Shown here one piece after another: positions 30,994 to 40,916 of a DNA stretch of 48,121 bases. The position numbers and the translations under genes were made by a program. The stretch comes from Candidatus Zixiibacteriota bacterium. Lineage in GTDB: Bacteria > Zixibacteria > MSB-5A5 > GN15 > FEB-12. Each line of letters opens with the position of its first letter. Position 1 is the stretch's first letter. A model generated the notes under the pieces. That model saw only the letters and a list, made by a program, of their open reading frames with translations. It searched no databases and had not been told where the DNA came from. Location of the stretch: positions 1 to 48,121 of the forward strand of contig JBGSIV010000077.1 of the NCBI GenBank assembly GCA_041742355.1, in the 5' to 3' direction.

Positions 30994-32745
30994 ATGCGGA
31001 TTCAACGAAGTTTGCTTCAATACGGTGTGGTCGCGGCCGCGGTGGTTCTTCTGCTCACCGCCCTGGCGACTGAGGCCTGTCCCCCGCACCCGGATCTGGC
31101 TGCCGATATCGCAGCCGGCCTTCGCCCCGCTCCCTACTACCTGGAGAACATCGACGGGTTGCACGCCCGGGGCATTTCCACGGGCATGTCCATGCGACAG
31201 AGCGCCGGCGGGTCCGCGAAACTGGTCGAAGGAAGGGCTCCCGGCTTGACCGGGACATTCAAAGCCCTCGCCGTCCTAGTGAAGTTCAGCGACAAACCGT
31301 CCGGTGTCAACGGGGTCTACTTTGACTCGCTGCTCTTTGACTCCATCGGCACAACGGTACGTGACTTCTATAACGAAATCTCGTATGGCCAGTTGGACCT
31401 GATCACGGTCAACCTTCCCTCGTCGCTGGGCTGGCGAACGGCTCCACAAACCTATGCCTGGTACGTCAACGGACAGAACGCCACCGGTCCCTACCCACAG
31501 AACAGCCAGCGTCTCACCGAGGATTTAGTCGATCAGATCGATCCCCTGGTGGACTTTTCGCAGTACGACAATGACGGCGACGGTTACGTCGACGTGCTGA
31601 TCGTCATTCATGCCGGGTCGGGCGCGGAGATGACCGGCAGTCCAAATGACATCTGGTCGCACAAGTGGGGGATCTTCCCCCGACTGAAGGATGGCGTGTA
31701 CATTTCCGACTACACCATCCAGCCGGAGTTGTGGATCTCGGCGGGTGACATGACCATTGGTGTGTATGCCCACGAGCTTGGCCACGCTTTCGGCCTGCCT
31801 GACTTGTACGATACCGACGGCAGTTCGTCCACCGGTATCGGTACCTGGGGGATTATGGGCTATGGTTCCTGGAATGGCCCGGGCGGCATGGGGGGCTCTC
31901 CGTCACACCCGTGCGCCTGGAGCCGCGTTCAGATGGGATTCGCGGCGGCCACGAACGTTACGCAGAACGTGGACGGACAGGCTATCGCGGCAGTTGAGAC
32001 CAGCGGCGAGATTTATCGGCTGTGGACCGCCGGATCCGCAAGTTCGGAGTACTTCCTCATCGAGAACCGCCGGAAGACTGGCTATGACAGCTATCTGCGA
32101 GGTGAGGGGCTGCTGATCTGGCACATCGACGACGCCAAAGCAACGCTGAACAACTTGGACAACTCACAGGAGTGGTGGCCCGGGCTCCCGGCCGCCCAGC
32201 ATTTGCGGGTCGCGCTTGAGCAGGCTGATGGCCTCTGGGAGATAGAGAAGGGGCTCGACTACGGCGACGGCAACGATGTCTTTCCGGGCGGACTCGGTCG
32301 CCGCGTCTTTGACGCCATTTCGACCCCCAGCTCGGATTCCTACCTTAGCGGCGGGTCTTTCGTGAAGTTGGACAACATCTCCAACTCCGGCGCGGTGATG
32401 ACGGCGGACTTGATTGTCGGCCTCGCAGCCGGCGTGGATCCGGACGATCCGTCAGTCCTGCCGGCGGCCATAGAGTTGGCGCAGAACTATCCGAACCCAT
32501 TCAATCCGGCCACATCAATCGGCTTCGAGTTGAACCAGGCCGCCCGGATCAGCCTCGAGATCTACAACATCGCCGGGCAACGCGTCCGGACGCTCTTAGA
32601 TGCATGGGTTGAGGCCGGCCTGACAACGCTGACATGGGATGGCCGCGACCATGCAAACGAACCGGTGGCTTCGGGTGTGTACCTCTATCGGGTAACCGCC
32701 GACTCCGGCGCCAACCAGGTTAGAAAGATGGTTTTGTTGAAGTAA
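30994..32745 (+). CDS. M6 family (immune inhibitor A-like) metalloprotease with a FlgD-Ig/T9SS-type C-terminal domain
   Basis: 'DFSQYDNDGDGYVD..IVIHAG.GAE', 'IWSHKW', 'GVYAHELGHAFGLPDLYD', 'W.IMG.GSW', 'EYFLIENR', and C-terminal 'LAQNYPNPFNP.T.I.F', 'WDG.D....VASGVYLY', 'RKMVLLK'. Confidence 0.92.
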   Translation: MRIQRSLLQYGVVAAAVVLLLTALATEACPPHPDLAADIAAGLRPAPYYLENIDGLHARGISTGMSMRQSAGGSAKLVEGRAPGLTGTFKALAVLVKFSDKPSGVNGVYFDSLLFDSIGTTVRDFYNEISYGQLDLITVNLPSSLGWRTAPQTYAWYVNGQNATGPYPQNSQRLTEDLVDQIDPLVDFSQYDNDGDGYVDVLIVIHAGSGAEMTGSPNDIWSHKWGIFPRLKDGVYISDYTIQPELWISAGDMTIGVYAHELGHAFGLPDLYDTDGSSSTGIGTWGIMGYGSWNGPGGMGGSPSHPCAWSRVQMGFAAATNVTQNVDGQAIAAVETSGEIYRLWTAGSASSEYFLIENRRKTGYDSYLRGEGLLIWHIDDAKATLNNLDNSQEWWPGLPAAQHLRVALEQADGLWEIEKGLDYGDGNDVFPGGLGRRVFDAISTPSSDSYLSGGSFVKLDNISNSGAVMTADLIVGLAAGVDPDDPSVLPAAIELAQNYPNPFNPATSIGFELNQAARISLEIYNIAGQRVRTLLDAWVEAGLTTLTWDGRDHANEPVASGVYLYRVTADSGANQVRKMVLLK

Positions 32746-32795
32746 CCAAGCCCCCTTGTGCTGACAGGCGGTTCACGCATCGTGACCGCACAAGT

Positions 32796-32825
32796 AACCC
32801 CGGCCATCAGCCGGGGTTCTTTTTT
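32796..32825 (+). terminator. Intrinsic terminator (possibly bidirectional)
   Basis: AACCCCGGC-CATCA-GCCGGGGTT followed by CTTTTTT, between convergent genes. Confidence 0.8.
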
Positions 32826-32837
32826 GGCCTGTGGCGG

Positions 32838-33053
32838 TTACTCCGGGTACTGGATCTCGGCGTGGGTCGATTCATGATGCGACCGGCCGTTGCTGCGCTG
32901 ATCCTTCTTGTACTGCGTATGGCAGGTTTTGCACCGTTTTGGATCTTCGGTGTATCCCCGCTCGGCGAAGTACTGCTGCGCAGCGCCAGTGAAGACGAAC
33001 TCCTGTCCGCATTCACTGCAAATTAGAATCTTCGGTTCGAAACCGTGGTCCAT
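32838..33053 (-). CDS. Zinc-ribbon protein (zf-trcl-like)
   Basis: 'LICSECGQEFVFT...Q.YF.ERGY..PKRCKTC' with two CxxC pairs. SD GAGGGGG before the ATG at 33053. Confidence 0.88.
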   Translation of the reverse strand: MDHGFEPKILICSECGQEFVFTGAAQQYFAERGYTEDPKRCKTCHTQYKKDQRSNGRSHHESTHAEIQYPE

Positions 33054-33176
33054 GTTTCCCCCTCTAGCATCGCTGCACGCCTTCCATGACGGCCGCAACA
33101 CTGGAAACATTTGTCTACTTTCGCCTAATTGTTACGGGAGCAGGAATCCTGTGTCAACAAAAAAGGCATCAATTTG

Positions 33177-35192
33177 TCAGTATGGATTGCAGATCGGGCT
33201 ATTACCGCCCTGGAACAGGTACTTGACCAGCTGAGTGAGATCGGTGACGTTCACGAAAGCATCACAGGAGAAGTCTCCCGCATCGGCCATCGGAACAGGA
33301 GGCGCGCCTGACTTGAAGAGGAAATTGACAAGGTACGTCAGATCGCTGATTTTGATTTCCCCCTCAAAGTCAAGATCCCCCCGCTGGAGTGTTGTCCGTG
33401 CGCCGACAACCTGGGAATCGACCATCGCCGGATTCCCCCGCGACGCTACCTTGAACCACATTTCTGAGACACTGCCCAAGGGAGTGGCGTTTGGCGGAGC
33501 GACCTGAATGGTCACGATTGAATCCGACTCAGCCGCCAGCGAGAAGCTCTGTGTCCCGGGAGAGACCCAGCCCGAGTTGTCCCAGGCCGTCACATCGAGG
33601 ACATCGACCACGGGGGCGTCGTTAGTAATACGGTATTCGAAATCGCGCCGGCCTCCGGAGTACACCGCCGAGTCCACCGTGACCACGGACGAGCGAACCG
33701 CATACGGCGGGATGATCGTGGCCGAATAGTTGAAGAACGCCCCGGCCGAATACTCCATCGTGTTCACCATCACGAGGGTGACACGGTAGAAGTTTTCGAT
33801 GTGCAGAACGCTGTCGATGCCGTAGTAGGCCCCCGGCGACAGGGCGAGCGGCTCGAACGTGTGGACGTTGTCCGCAGAAGAGAGCACCAAATAGGCCCCC
33901 CACTCCCTTGCATCATCACCGTTGACCGTAATCTCAAGCGTGCCGAGTCTCCCGCCCGGGAAGAACTGGACGTATGCTGCACCGTATCCGGCCGGATTGT
34001 AGGGAGCTGTCTGCAGCGTTACGGGGAACAGCGTGTGGGTCTTGGCGGTCTTGACACTGAAGGGGTAATCTTCCGAGTAGTGGACTCCGTCATCCCGTCC
34101 CTGGGTAAGATAGTTCCATATCGCAAATTCTGTGAAAGCGGCATCCCTGGATACGCCGTAGCGCCCTGCGATCGTGTCGGTCATGGCCGCAAAAGCTGTC
34201 TGGAACCGGGCACCGTCCCAAATCGCTTCCATGAGCGATGTATCGAAGCGTTCGCCCAGGAATATTCCCCATATAAAGCTGCTGTAGGCATGGTTGCCCG
34301 TTTCCATGAGCGATTTCTCCGGAACGGTGAAGAAACCCGGCAGGTAGTTGTAGTTGTCATCAACCTGCTCGAATACAATGTCCTCGATATGGGTAGCATC
34401 CATTTCCATGAACCATATGTCGTCCCCGGCATCGTAGGCAAACTGGACACAATGGTGGAATTCGTGCGCGCACGTAGCTTTGGCTGCCCCCGCCTGCGAT
34501 CCTTCCGGATCATAGTTCGCCGGAAAGTCCAGGAAGTCGCGATGCAGGACGAGATAGCTGTAAGAATCATTCCAGGGCTCCGGTCCCGGCCCCTCCGGTT
34601 GCGCATACCCGTAGATACCCCCCAACTCCTCGAAATAGACGTCCAGCAGCGTGTCGCCACCCAGTAGGCTGTCGCCGGGAGGGAGACGGTACCCGAGAGC
34701 CTGGTGGGTAGCCAAACTCGAATCGAGGTATGCAGCGCATCTCTCGACGAAGTCCGGGACTCCGCTGGCATCGAGATCATCGATCGGCACAGCATTGGCG
34801 CCAGTAGTGTCGTAATGAAGTTTAAAGAACCCGCTTGGGGAGACATAGACCGATTCGGTCACTGCCCGGAGGAATGCGGCTGTATAAGTCGCCTGCGTCG
34901 AAGAATTCAGGAGATCCCAATTGCTCCGAATGTCGAGAAGAACGGGAGTAGCGCACTTGGAGAAGTAAGTCGCACTGGCAGCCACAGTCTCCGGCCGATA
35001 CCGATCGGGCAAAGCGGCAGGATTCTTGATGGCCGCGATCTGCAGAAGAACCCGTTCGTCCAGCGTCAGGCGGCCATCCCGGTAATCCTGCTCGATAGAC
35101 GAGAGCGGGTCTACCGCGGCGGAAATCCCGGCCGGGCTCAGAAGCACAATGAGAACCAGGAGCACGAAGGATGTCAGAAACGATTTCGGCAT
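33177..35192 (-). CDS. MXAN_6640-like secreted metalloprotease with a C-terminal dockerin-like domain
   Basis: Signal peptide MPKSF.., 'KCATP', 'SPSGFFKLHY...G', 'DASGVPDFVE', zincin 'ATCAHEFHHCVQFAY', 'WFMEMDAT', and dockerin 'RGDLD....ISDLTYLVNFLF..G', 'VNVTDLTQLVKYLFQGG..P.C'. Confidence 0.88.
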   Translation of the reverse strand: MPKSFLTSFVLLVLIVLLSPAGISAAVDPLSSIEQDYRDGRLTLDERVLLQIAAIKNPAALPDRYRPETVAASATYFSKCATPVLLDIRSNWDLLNSSTQATYTAAFLRAVTESVYVSPSGFFKLHYDTTGANAVPIDDLDASGVPDFVERCAAYLDSSLATHQALGYRLPPGDSLLGGDTLLDVYFEELGGIYGYAQPEGPGPEPWNDSYSYLVLHRDFLDFPANYDPEGSQAGAAKATCAHEFHHCVQFAYDAGDDIWFMEMDATHIEDIVFEQVDDNYNYLPGFFTVPEKSLMETGNHAYSSFIWGIFLGERFDTSLMEAIWDGARFQTAFAAMTDTIAGRYGVSRDAAFTEFAIWNYLTQGRDDGVHYSEDYPFSVKTAKTHTLFPVTLQTAPYNPAGYGAAYVQFFPGGRLGTLEITVNGDDAREWGAYLVLSSADNVHTFEPLALSPGAYYGIDSVLHIENFYRVTLVMVNTMEYSAGAFFNYSATIIPPYAVRSSVVTVDSAVYSGGRRDFEYRITNDAPVVDVLDVTAWDNSGWVSPGTQSFSLAAESDSIVTIQVAPPNATPLGSVSEMWFKVASRGNPAMVDSQVVGARTTLQRGDLDFEGEIKISDLTYLVNFLFKSGAPPVPMADAGDFSCDAFVNVTDLTQLVKYLFQGGNSPICNPY

Positions 35193-35438
35193 CGATGTTT
35201 CTCTCCAGGGCACAGATCGGGTGGTCTGGTCGGTGTATCGGCGGAAATCGCCGCCGCATATATACATTTCGGGTCGGACTTAGATCGGAGAACGTGGCGG
35301 CCTATCGCCGCCGGTGTACATCGATTGACGATGAAACAAGAGCGGATCTCTATATGTTTCCGTCGCTTGCACAACGGGACGATGGCCCGTCCGGCACGTC
35401 GACCCGCCTTTCCTTACCCTGCTATAATTTATTGCATA

Positions 35439-37115
35439 TCAGGGACTTGTCAAGAAGAATCCCGATGCCGGTGCGCCGAAATAGTGATATCCGCTGACCG
35501 ATAGCTGCCAGCCGTTGACCTCCGAGTACGAGAAGTCAAAGCGTATCAATCGTTCGCGGGCAGAGTGTTCCAACGCAACTCGGATGCCCGCACCGACCGC
35601 CGCATGGATTGCGTCGAAATTCAGCTCTTCCCCGCGCTTCCAAGCCTGCCCGAAGTCTGCAAACATGACGGGAGAGAAGACAACCGAATGGAGGCGCACG
35701 GATGGAAAGAACCGTGCCTCGAGATTCATGATGGCCATCCGGTCACCTGTTCGGAAATACCGATCATAGCCCCGGAGGCCGGATTCCCCGCCGAGAACAA
35801 GGCCTTCCGATCCGTCGACTCTCCAGTCAGAGATATAGGCCCCCCGCCACACGAGGGTCAGATAGTCAGTCGCGCGGCTGTATATCCGGCCGGAGAAGCG
35901 GGCGGTCTTGCGTATGTCATCTCGACCATGAAACCAGAAGACCCGTTCGTACGATGCAAACAGCAGGTTGGACCCAAGGCGATACCCCTGGGCGAGAAGC
36001 ACCGCCATATTATCGTATACGTGATCCCGCAGCCCGGGTGAGAACGCCCGGCCAAACGAGAGGCCAATACCCTGCCCCAGAGTGAAATCTTCTGTGTACG
36101 AAAACCCGTCGATCTGGGTCATTTTGGTAAAGTGGAGGTTTGAGAAGGCCAAGCCGAGCTCCACTGCGTGGTATATCGAATCTGCGCCAAAAGAAGCCGT
36201 GGCGTCGGCAATATCTTCTGGTTCGTCGGAGTAAACCCTCTTGTCCAGGGTCTTTCCGTATCGATACTCGTAACGACTGGTCAATTCCAGTTTGCGATGG
36301 TAGGTGCCGGTCCGTGTCTGCACCTTTGCTTCAAACCAGTCCCCTTCCCGGTCGGACTGACCAATCAGCGCGTCGTCCTGGTACACGTCGCGCCTGCCGT
36401 CATGAGACCCAATAGCAAAGCTGTAGGCGTAGTCCTGCGACAGGTTATAGAACGGATGCCCCACTCTCAGCCACCGGATGCCATCCTGTGGATCGTTGCG
36501 GAAACCGGATTCAAAGCTGATACCTTTGCCCCAGAGCCGGCTGTTGCCATAAGAGAGATCGGCAAAGTCCCCCTCTATGCTCTGAAAGACATACCGGGCG
36601 GATACCTGCTGATTCCGACCGAGGAGATTGCGTTCGACGAGCGAAAAGTCGTAGCGGTTTTCGTTCCCCTCGCGTCGGACGTTTGGACCCACGGCGAGTG
36701 TCCATTCATCGATCGTCACCACCCGGACCAGCAGGTGGCCGTTGGGGAGTGTCTCGGTTTCGATCCAGGCATCATAGACCGACAAGCGGGTGCGGATGTT
36801 GCGGGCAGACTCCTCCGCAAGTTCATACGGAAAGGGTTCCCCTTCGCGGAAGAGGAGTTCCCGCCGGACCACCCCGTCGCGGGTAGTCACATGCACTTTG
36901 TTCGCAAGGCGAAAGAGGAAGTTGTTATACTTGGGGTTTCCGGTGTCGTAGACTTCACGATTTTCGATGACAATTGTATCAACAACTGACCCAAGCCTGG
37001 GGGTTGCCGGCTCCTGACGATGGGTTGGAGCTACCGAAAGAGCACCCTGGGTCTCAACGGCTTGGGCAGTAGAAAGCAGAATCAGCGACGCGCATGTAAG
37101 CAGGCTTCGGCGCAA
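35439..37115 (-). CDS. Omp85/BamA-TamA-like outer membrane protein with a POTRA domain
   Basis: Signal peptide, POTRA 'TRDGVVRRELLFREGE....EESARNIR', 'ERNLLGRNQ', 'LGGESGLRGY', 'FADFGQAW', 'VGAGIR', 'IRFDFSY'. Confidence 0.85.
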   Translation of the reverse strand: MRRSLLTCASLILLSTAQAVETQGALSVAPTHRQEPATPRLGSVVDTIVIENREVYDTGNPKYNNFLFRLANKVHVTTRDGVVRRELLFREGEPFPYELAEESARNIRTRLSVYDAWIETETLPNGHLLVRVVTIDEWTLAVGPNVRREGNENRYDFSLVERNLLGRNQQVSARYVFQSIEGDFADLSYGNSRLWGKGISFESGFRNDPQDGIRWLRVGHPFYNLSQDYAYSFAIGSHDGRRDVYQDDALIGQSDREGDWFEAKVQTRTGTYHRKLELTSRYEYRYGKTLDKRVYSDEPEDIADATASFGADSIYHAVELGLAFSNLHFTKMTQIDGFSYTEDFTLGQGIGLSFGRAFSPGLRDHVYDNMAVLLAQGYRLGSNLLFASYERVFWFHGRDDIRKTARFSGRIYSRATDYLTLVWRGAYISDWRVDGSEGLVLGGESGLRGYDRYFRTGDRMAIMNLEARFFPSVRLHSVVFSPVMFADFGQAWKRGEELNFDAIHAAVGAGIRVALEHSARERLIRFDFSYSEVNGWQLSVSGYHYFGAPASGFFLTSP

Positions 37116-37377
37116 TAGGGTCTCCAGTCAATCACTGAGAAGGCGCACGGCCTTCCCATTAATGTAAACACATTCAGTGCCGCCGGGGAGCAGTATTCCG
37201 ACACCACTGCCCCCAACACAACCTATTTTACCCACTACCAACAACTTATTTCAGATAATTCCTGGGGGGCTTTGAATTACTGAGGAACCGTGCATGCAGA
37301 AATTCTGCGCTCGGGCGCTGAATTCAGCCATGATGCACTCCCCTATCTGGACTGCTTGCTCAACGGCCCCGACCCGT

Positions 37378-37404
37378 TCAGTCCCCGCGGCAATCATCCG
37401 ATAA
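37378..37404 (+). promoter_or_regulatory. sigma28-like promoter upstream of pilB
   Basis: TCAG-N15-TCCGATAA (FliA/SigD consensus TAAA-N15-GCCGATAA). Confidence 0.45.
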
Positions 37405-37470
37405 CTGAATGAAGACTTGGAGTTAACCGGCCGCTTCCGTGGCCCGACAGCTGCTGACACCCGGAACGAT

Positions 37471-39201
37471 ATGGAAAAGAAGAAAATTGGCGACCTCCTC
37501 CTGGAGAAGGGTTACCTCACCGTTGGCCAACTCGACGATGCCCTGAAGGAACAAGCGCTTAGCGGCCGACGTCTCGGGGAAATTCTCGTGGAACGGAAGC
37601 TCATCACCGAAGAGCAGTTGGTGGGCGTTGTCTCGGAGCGTTTGGCCATTCCCAAAATCTCCCTGGAGTCCATGGTCATCGACCCCGATGTCATCCGCAG
37701 AGTGCCGGTGAGTGTCGCGCGCCGCTACACGCTCATCCCCATTTTCGAGATCGGCAATACGCTCACGCTGGCAATGGCCGACCCGCTCAATATCATCGCC
37801 ATCGATGAAATCAAGTACGTCACCGGAAAAACCATCAAGCGGGCAATTGCTACTCCAAGCGAGATTCGTGCGGCGATCGACGATTGCTACTCGGTTGCGG
37901 ATTCTCTGAACATGATCATCGGCTCGCGCAGCGGGGAAGATCCCGCGCGCCCTGACTTCGCCCAGCAGAAGGGGGACGAAGAGTCCGAGAGTGCCGTCGT
38001 CAAGATGGTCAATATGATGATCCAGCGGGCCGCAAAAGACCGGGCCTCGGACATTCACATCGAGCCGGAAGAGAACCGGCTGCGGATCCGTTACCGCATC
38101 GACGGCTCCATGCGGGAGGAGGCGGCCCCGCCGAAATCGATGCAGAACGAGTTGATTTCACGCGTCAAGATCGCCGCCAATCTCGATGTTTCGGAGAAGC
38201 GGCTGCCGCAAGATGGCCGGTTCACGATGAATGTCGACGGTGGCAACGTCGATCTGCGCATCTCCACGCTGCCGACCATCCACGGCGAGAAGATCGTTAT
38301 ACGTTTGCTGGACCGCCGCAATTTGCTCCTGACGTTTCAGCAGCTCGGCTTTCCTTCAGTGCTTGAAACGGCCTGGAAGAGCGTCATTCACAAACCTGAG
38401 GGGCTCATTCTGATTTCGGGGCCGACTTCCAGCGGCAAAACTTCGACCCTGTACGCCACGCTGCACGAGATCAACTCGGTCGAAAAGAACATTGTCACGG
38501 TGGAAGACCCGGTTGAGTACTCCTTGCCCTTAATCATCCAGATTCAGATCAATGAGAAGGCCGGGCTGACCTTCCCCGTCTGCCTTCGCGCGATTTTGCG
38601 GCAGAACCCCGATGTCATCATGATCGGCGAAATCCGCGACCCGGAGACGGCGCGCATGGCTATCCGGTCGGCCCTGACCGGACATACGGTCTTTTCGACC
38701 ATTCACACCAATGATGCCCCCTCTGCGATAGCCCGTCTCGTCGACATGGACATCGAGCGCTACCTCGTGGGTACCGCCCTCAAAGGAGTCCTGGCGCAGC
38801 GGCTGGTGCGGGTGAACTGCCCCGAGTGTTCTTCCGTCTACCGTCCCTCTGAGAGCCTCTTGCTCCGGTCCGGCCTGATCGACCGCGCCTCCGAGTTCAC
38901 CTTCAGGAAGGGCACGGGCTGCCCCAAGTGCAAGAACTCGGGCTTCAGGGGCCTCACCGGCATCTACGAGTACGCTGAAGTGACGCCGTATGTTACGGAG
39001 ATGATCATGCGCAATGCGTCGCTCGGCCAGATCAAAGAAGCCATTCGCAAGAACGGCTATGTCCCCTTGTTCGAAGCCGGGCTTGAGCGGGTGCGAGACG
39101 GTTCGGTGTGCCTCGAGGAGCTATTGAAAGAGACTTCCAACGTCGAAGACTACCTCATGCCGGAAGAAGCGGCTGTGATGCGAGCGATCCATGCAGAGTA
39201 G
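37471..39201 (+). CDS. pilB: PilB/GspE/MshE family assembly ATPase with an N-terminal MshEN domain
   Basis: 'KIGDLLLEKG..L..AL.EQ', 'RLGEILVE', 'ASDIHIEP', 'EKRLPQDGR', Walker A 'GPTSSGKTSTL', 'TVEDPVEY', 'LRQNPDVIMIGEIRD', 'TGHTVFSTIHTND', and Zn-binding CxxC pairs. Confidence 0.95.
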   Translation: MEKKKIGDLLLEKGYLTVGQLDDALKEQALSGRRLGEILVERKLITEEQLVGVVSERLAIPKISLESMVIDPDVIRRVPVSVARRYTLIPIFEIGNTLTLAMADPLNIIAIDEIKYVTGKTIKRAIATPSEIRAAIDDCYSVADSLNMIIGSRSGEDPARPDFAQQKGDEESESAVVKMVNMMIQRAAKDRASDIHIEPEENRLRIRYRIDGSMREEAAPPKSMQNELISRVKIAANLDVSEKRLPQDGRFTMNVDGGNVDLRISTLPTIHGEKIVIRLLDRRNLLLTFQQLGFPSVLETAWKSVIHKPEGLILISGPTSSGKTSTLYATLHEINSVEKNIVTVEDPVEYSLPLIIQIQINEKAGLTFPVCLRAILRQNPDVIMIGEIRDPETARMAIRSALTGHTVFSTIHTNDAPSAIARLVDMDIERYLVGTALKGVLAQRLVRVNCPECSSVYRPSESLLLRSGLIDRASEFTFRKGTGCPKCKNSGFRGLTGIYEYAEVTPYVTEMIMRNASLGQIKEAIRKNGYVPLFEAGLERVRDGSVCLEELLKETSNVEDYLMPEEAAVMRAIHAE

Positions 39202-40405
39202 GTTCAAATACCGGGCCGCAGCCGGCGACGGCGAAACTAAGACCGGGGTTCTCCTGGCCGACAGCCCCGATCAGGTGCTGGAATATCTCACCGAGCAGGA
39301 GCTCGTCCCAATAGCTGTCGAACCAGCTCCTCCGCGCAGGGGCTTCTCCCTTCTCGGATTTCTCCGCAGCGGCAACTACGAGCGACTGATTACGTTTACC
39401 GCGAACCTGACCACAATGTACCGCGCGGGTATTCCGATTCTCCGCGCCCTCACCCTCATCAAGATTGGCCCGGCCAACGGCCGTTTCGACAGGGCGATTA
39501 ACGACATCCGGCTCGCCGTCCAGTCGGGGAGATCGCTCTCGTCGGCTATGGAAGCGCATGACGATCTCTTTTCCCGCGTCTATGTCGCCAGCATTGCGGC
39601 TGGAGAGGAATCGGGGCAGTTGGACGATATTTTGACCGAACTTCGCACGATGCTGGAGGACGAATTGGAGCTGACCCGCGCGATCAAGTCGGGCGTCCGA
39701 TATCCGATAATGGTCATCTCGGCACTCGCCGCCGCAGCCGCAGTCATTCTCTTCTACGTCGTTCCAAAGTTCACTGACTTCTACAATCAGTTCAATGCCG
39801 AACTCCCCCTGCCCACCCGTATGCTGATCGGACTTCAGGGGGCGCTCGCCAAGTACTGGCCTGCCCTGTTGATTGGGGGAGTTCTCTGCGGATTTCTGGC
39901 CAACCGCCTGATATCCAATGAGCGGGGCAAGATCTGGCTGGACCGCCAGTTTCTCCGCCTGCCGGTGTTCGGCAACCTGATCATCAAGGGAAATATCGCC
40001 CGATTCTCCATGATGTTCCATATCCTGTTCAGGTCGGGACTTCCAATAATCGCCTGCCTGGATATACTCGCCGATGCGGTCAAGAATAGCGCCATTGCCG
40101 GAGAAATCCGACAAATGGGCAATCTCTTCCGCGAAGGACGCGACAGCCGTTTGGCCGAGCACGAGTTCAGGTACTTTCCGCCGCTGGCCCTTCAGATGAT
40201 GACAATCGGCCTGGAATCCGGTTCGCTGGCCGAGATCCTCAAAGAGGTATCCACCCACTACGCAAAGGAGGTGCAGTACACCTCCCGTCAACTGACCGCC
40301 ATCCTCGAGCCGATTCTCACGCTGGTGATGGGCATATTCGTCCTGATTCTGGCGCTGGCTATCTTCCTGCCGATGTGGAACTTGATCAAAGTATTTAACG
40401 GGTAG
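39191..40405 (+). CDS. pilC: PilC/GspF/MshG inner-membrane platform protein
   Basis: 'F..NL.TM.RAGIP', 'G.SLS.AM', 'AAGEESGQLD', 'YPIMV', 'VVPKF..FY', 'LPLPTR.L', 'LEPILTL', 'AIFLPMW'. Confidence 0.95.
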   Translation: MQSRFKYRAAAGDGETKTGVLLADSPDQVLEYLTEQELVPIAVEPAPPRRGFSLLGFLRSGNYERLITFTANLTTMYRAGIPILRALTLIKIGPANGRFDRAINDIRLAVQSGRSLSSAMEAHDDLFSRVYVASIAAGEESGQLDDILTELRTMLEDELELTRAIKSGVRYPIMVISALAAAAAVILFYVVPKFTDFYNQFNAELPLPTRMLIGLQGALAKYWPALLIGGVLCGFLANRLISNERGKIWLDRQFLRLPVFGNLIIKGNIARFSMMFHILFRSGLPIIACLDILADAVKNSAIAGEIRQMGNLFREGRDSRLAEHEFRYFPPLALQMMTIGLESGSLAEILKEVSTHYAKEVQYTSRQLTAILEPILTLVMGIFVLILALAIFLPMWNLIKVFNG

Positions 40406-40410
40406 CCCCC

Positions 40411-40438
40411 TAAAACCCGGGGCAGAACACGCCGATAG
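40411..40438 (+). promoter_or_regulatory. sigma28-like promoter upstream of the major pilin
   Basis: TAAA-N16-GCCGATAG in the only sizeable intergenic gap of the operon, ~50 nt before a strong SD (AGGAGG). Confidence 0.55.
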
Positions 40439-40490
40439 AAGACATAACGGTAATTCTTTCCAATGTATGTGCTCTCAGGAGGATAGACTC

Positions 40491-40916
40491 ATGGCCCCAA
40501 TGCACAACGAACGTGGTTTCACGCTCATCGAACTCGTGATCATTATTGTGATCCTCGGCATTCTTGCCGCTGTCGCCATTCCGAAGTATCAGGATCTCTC
40601 AGGCGAGGCCCGTGAGGCTTCGGCCCGCAGCTCTCTGGGATCGATGCGCTCGGCGATCACTATCTTCTACGCAAACCAGGCCGTCCAGACTGGCGCGGCT
40701 ACCTGGCCCTCGCTGGTCGAATTGCGCACCCCCGGCACGGTGATGGCGCAAAGCATCCCGCCGAATCCTTACCAGAGCAGCGTTCCTGATTCGGTTGTCG
40801 ACGGCACGGGCCAGGCACGCGGCACGGTGATCGGCGCAGCGGGGGGTTGGGTATACAACCCGACGACCGGCGAACTCTGGGCGAACACTGACGATGCCGA
40901 CGAGAATGAGTGGTAA
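40491..40916 (+). CDS. Type IV pilin / MshA-like major pilin
   Basis: Class III signal 'NERG|FTLIELVIIIVILGILAAVAIPKY'. SD AGGAGG at 40477. Confidence 0.92.
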   Translation: MAPMHNERGFTLIELVIIIVILGILAAVAIPKYQDLSGEAREASARSSLGSMRSAITIFYANQAVQTGAATWPSLVELRTPGTVMAQSIPPNPYQSSVPDSVVDGTGQARGTVIGAAGGWVYNPTTGELWANTDDADENEW

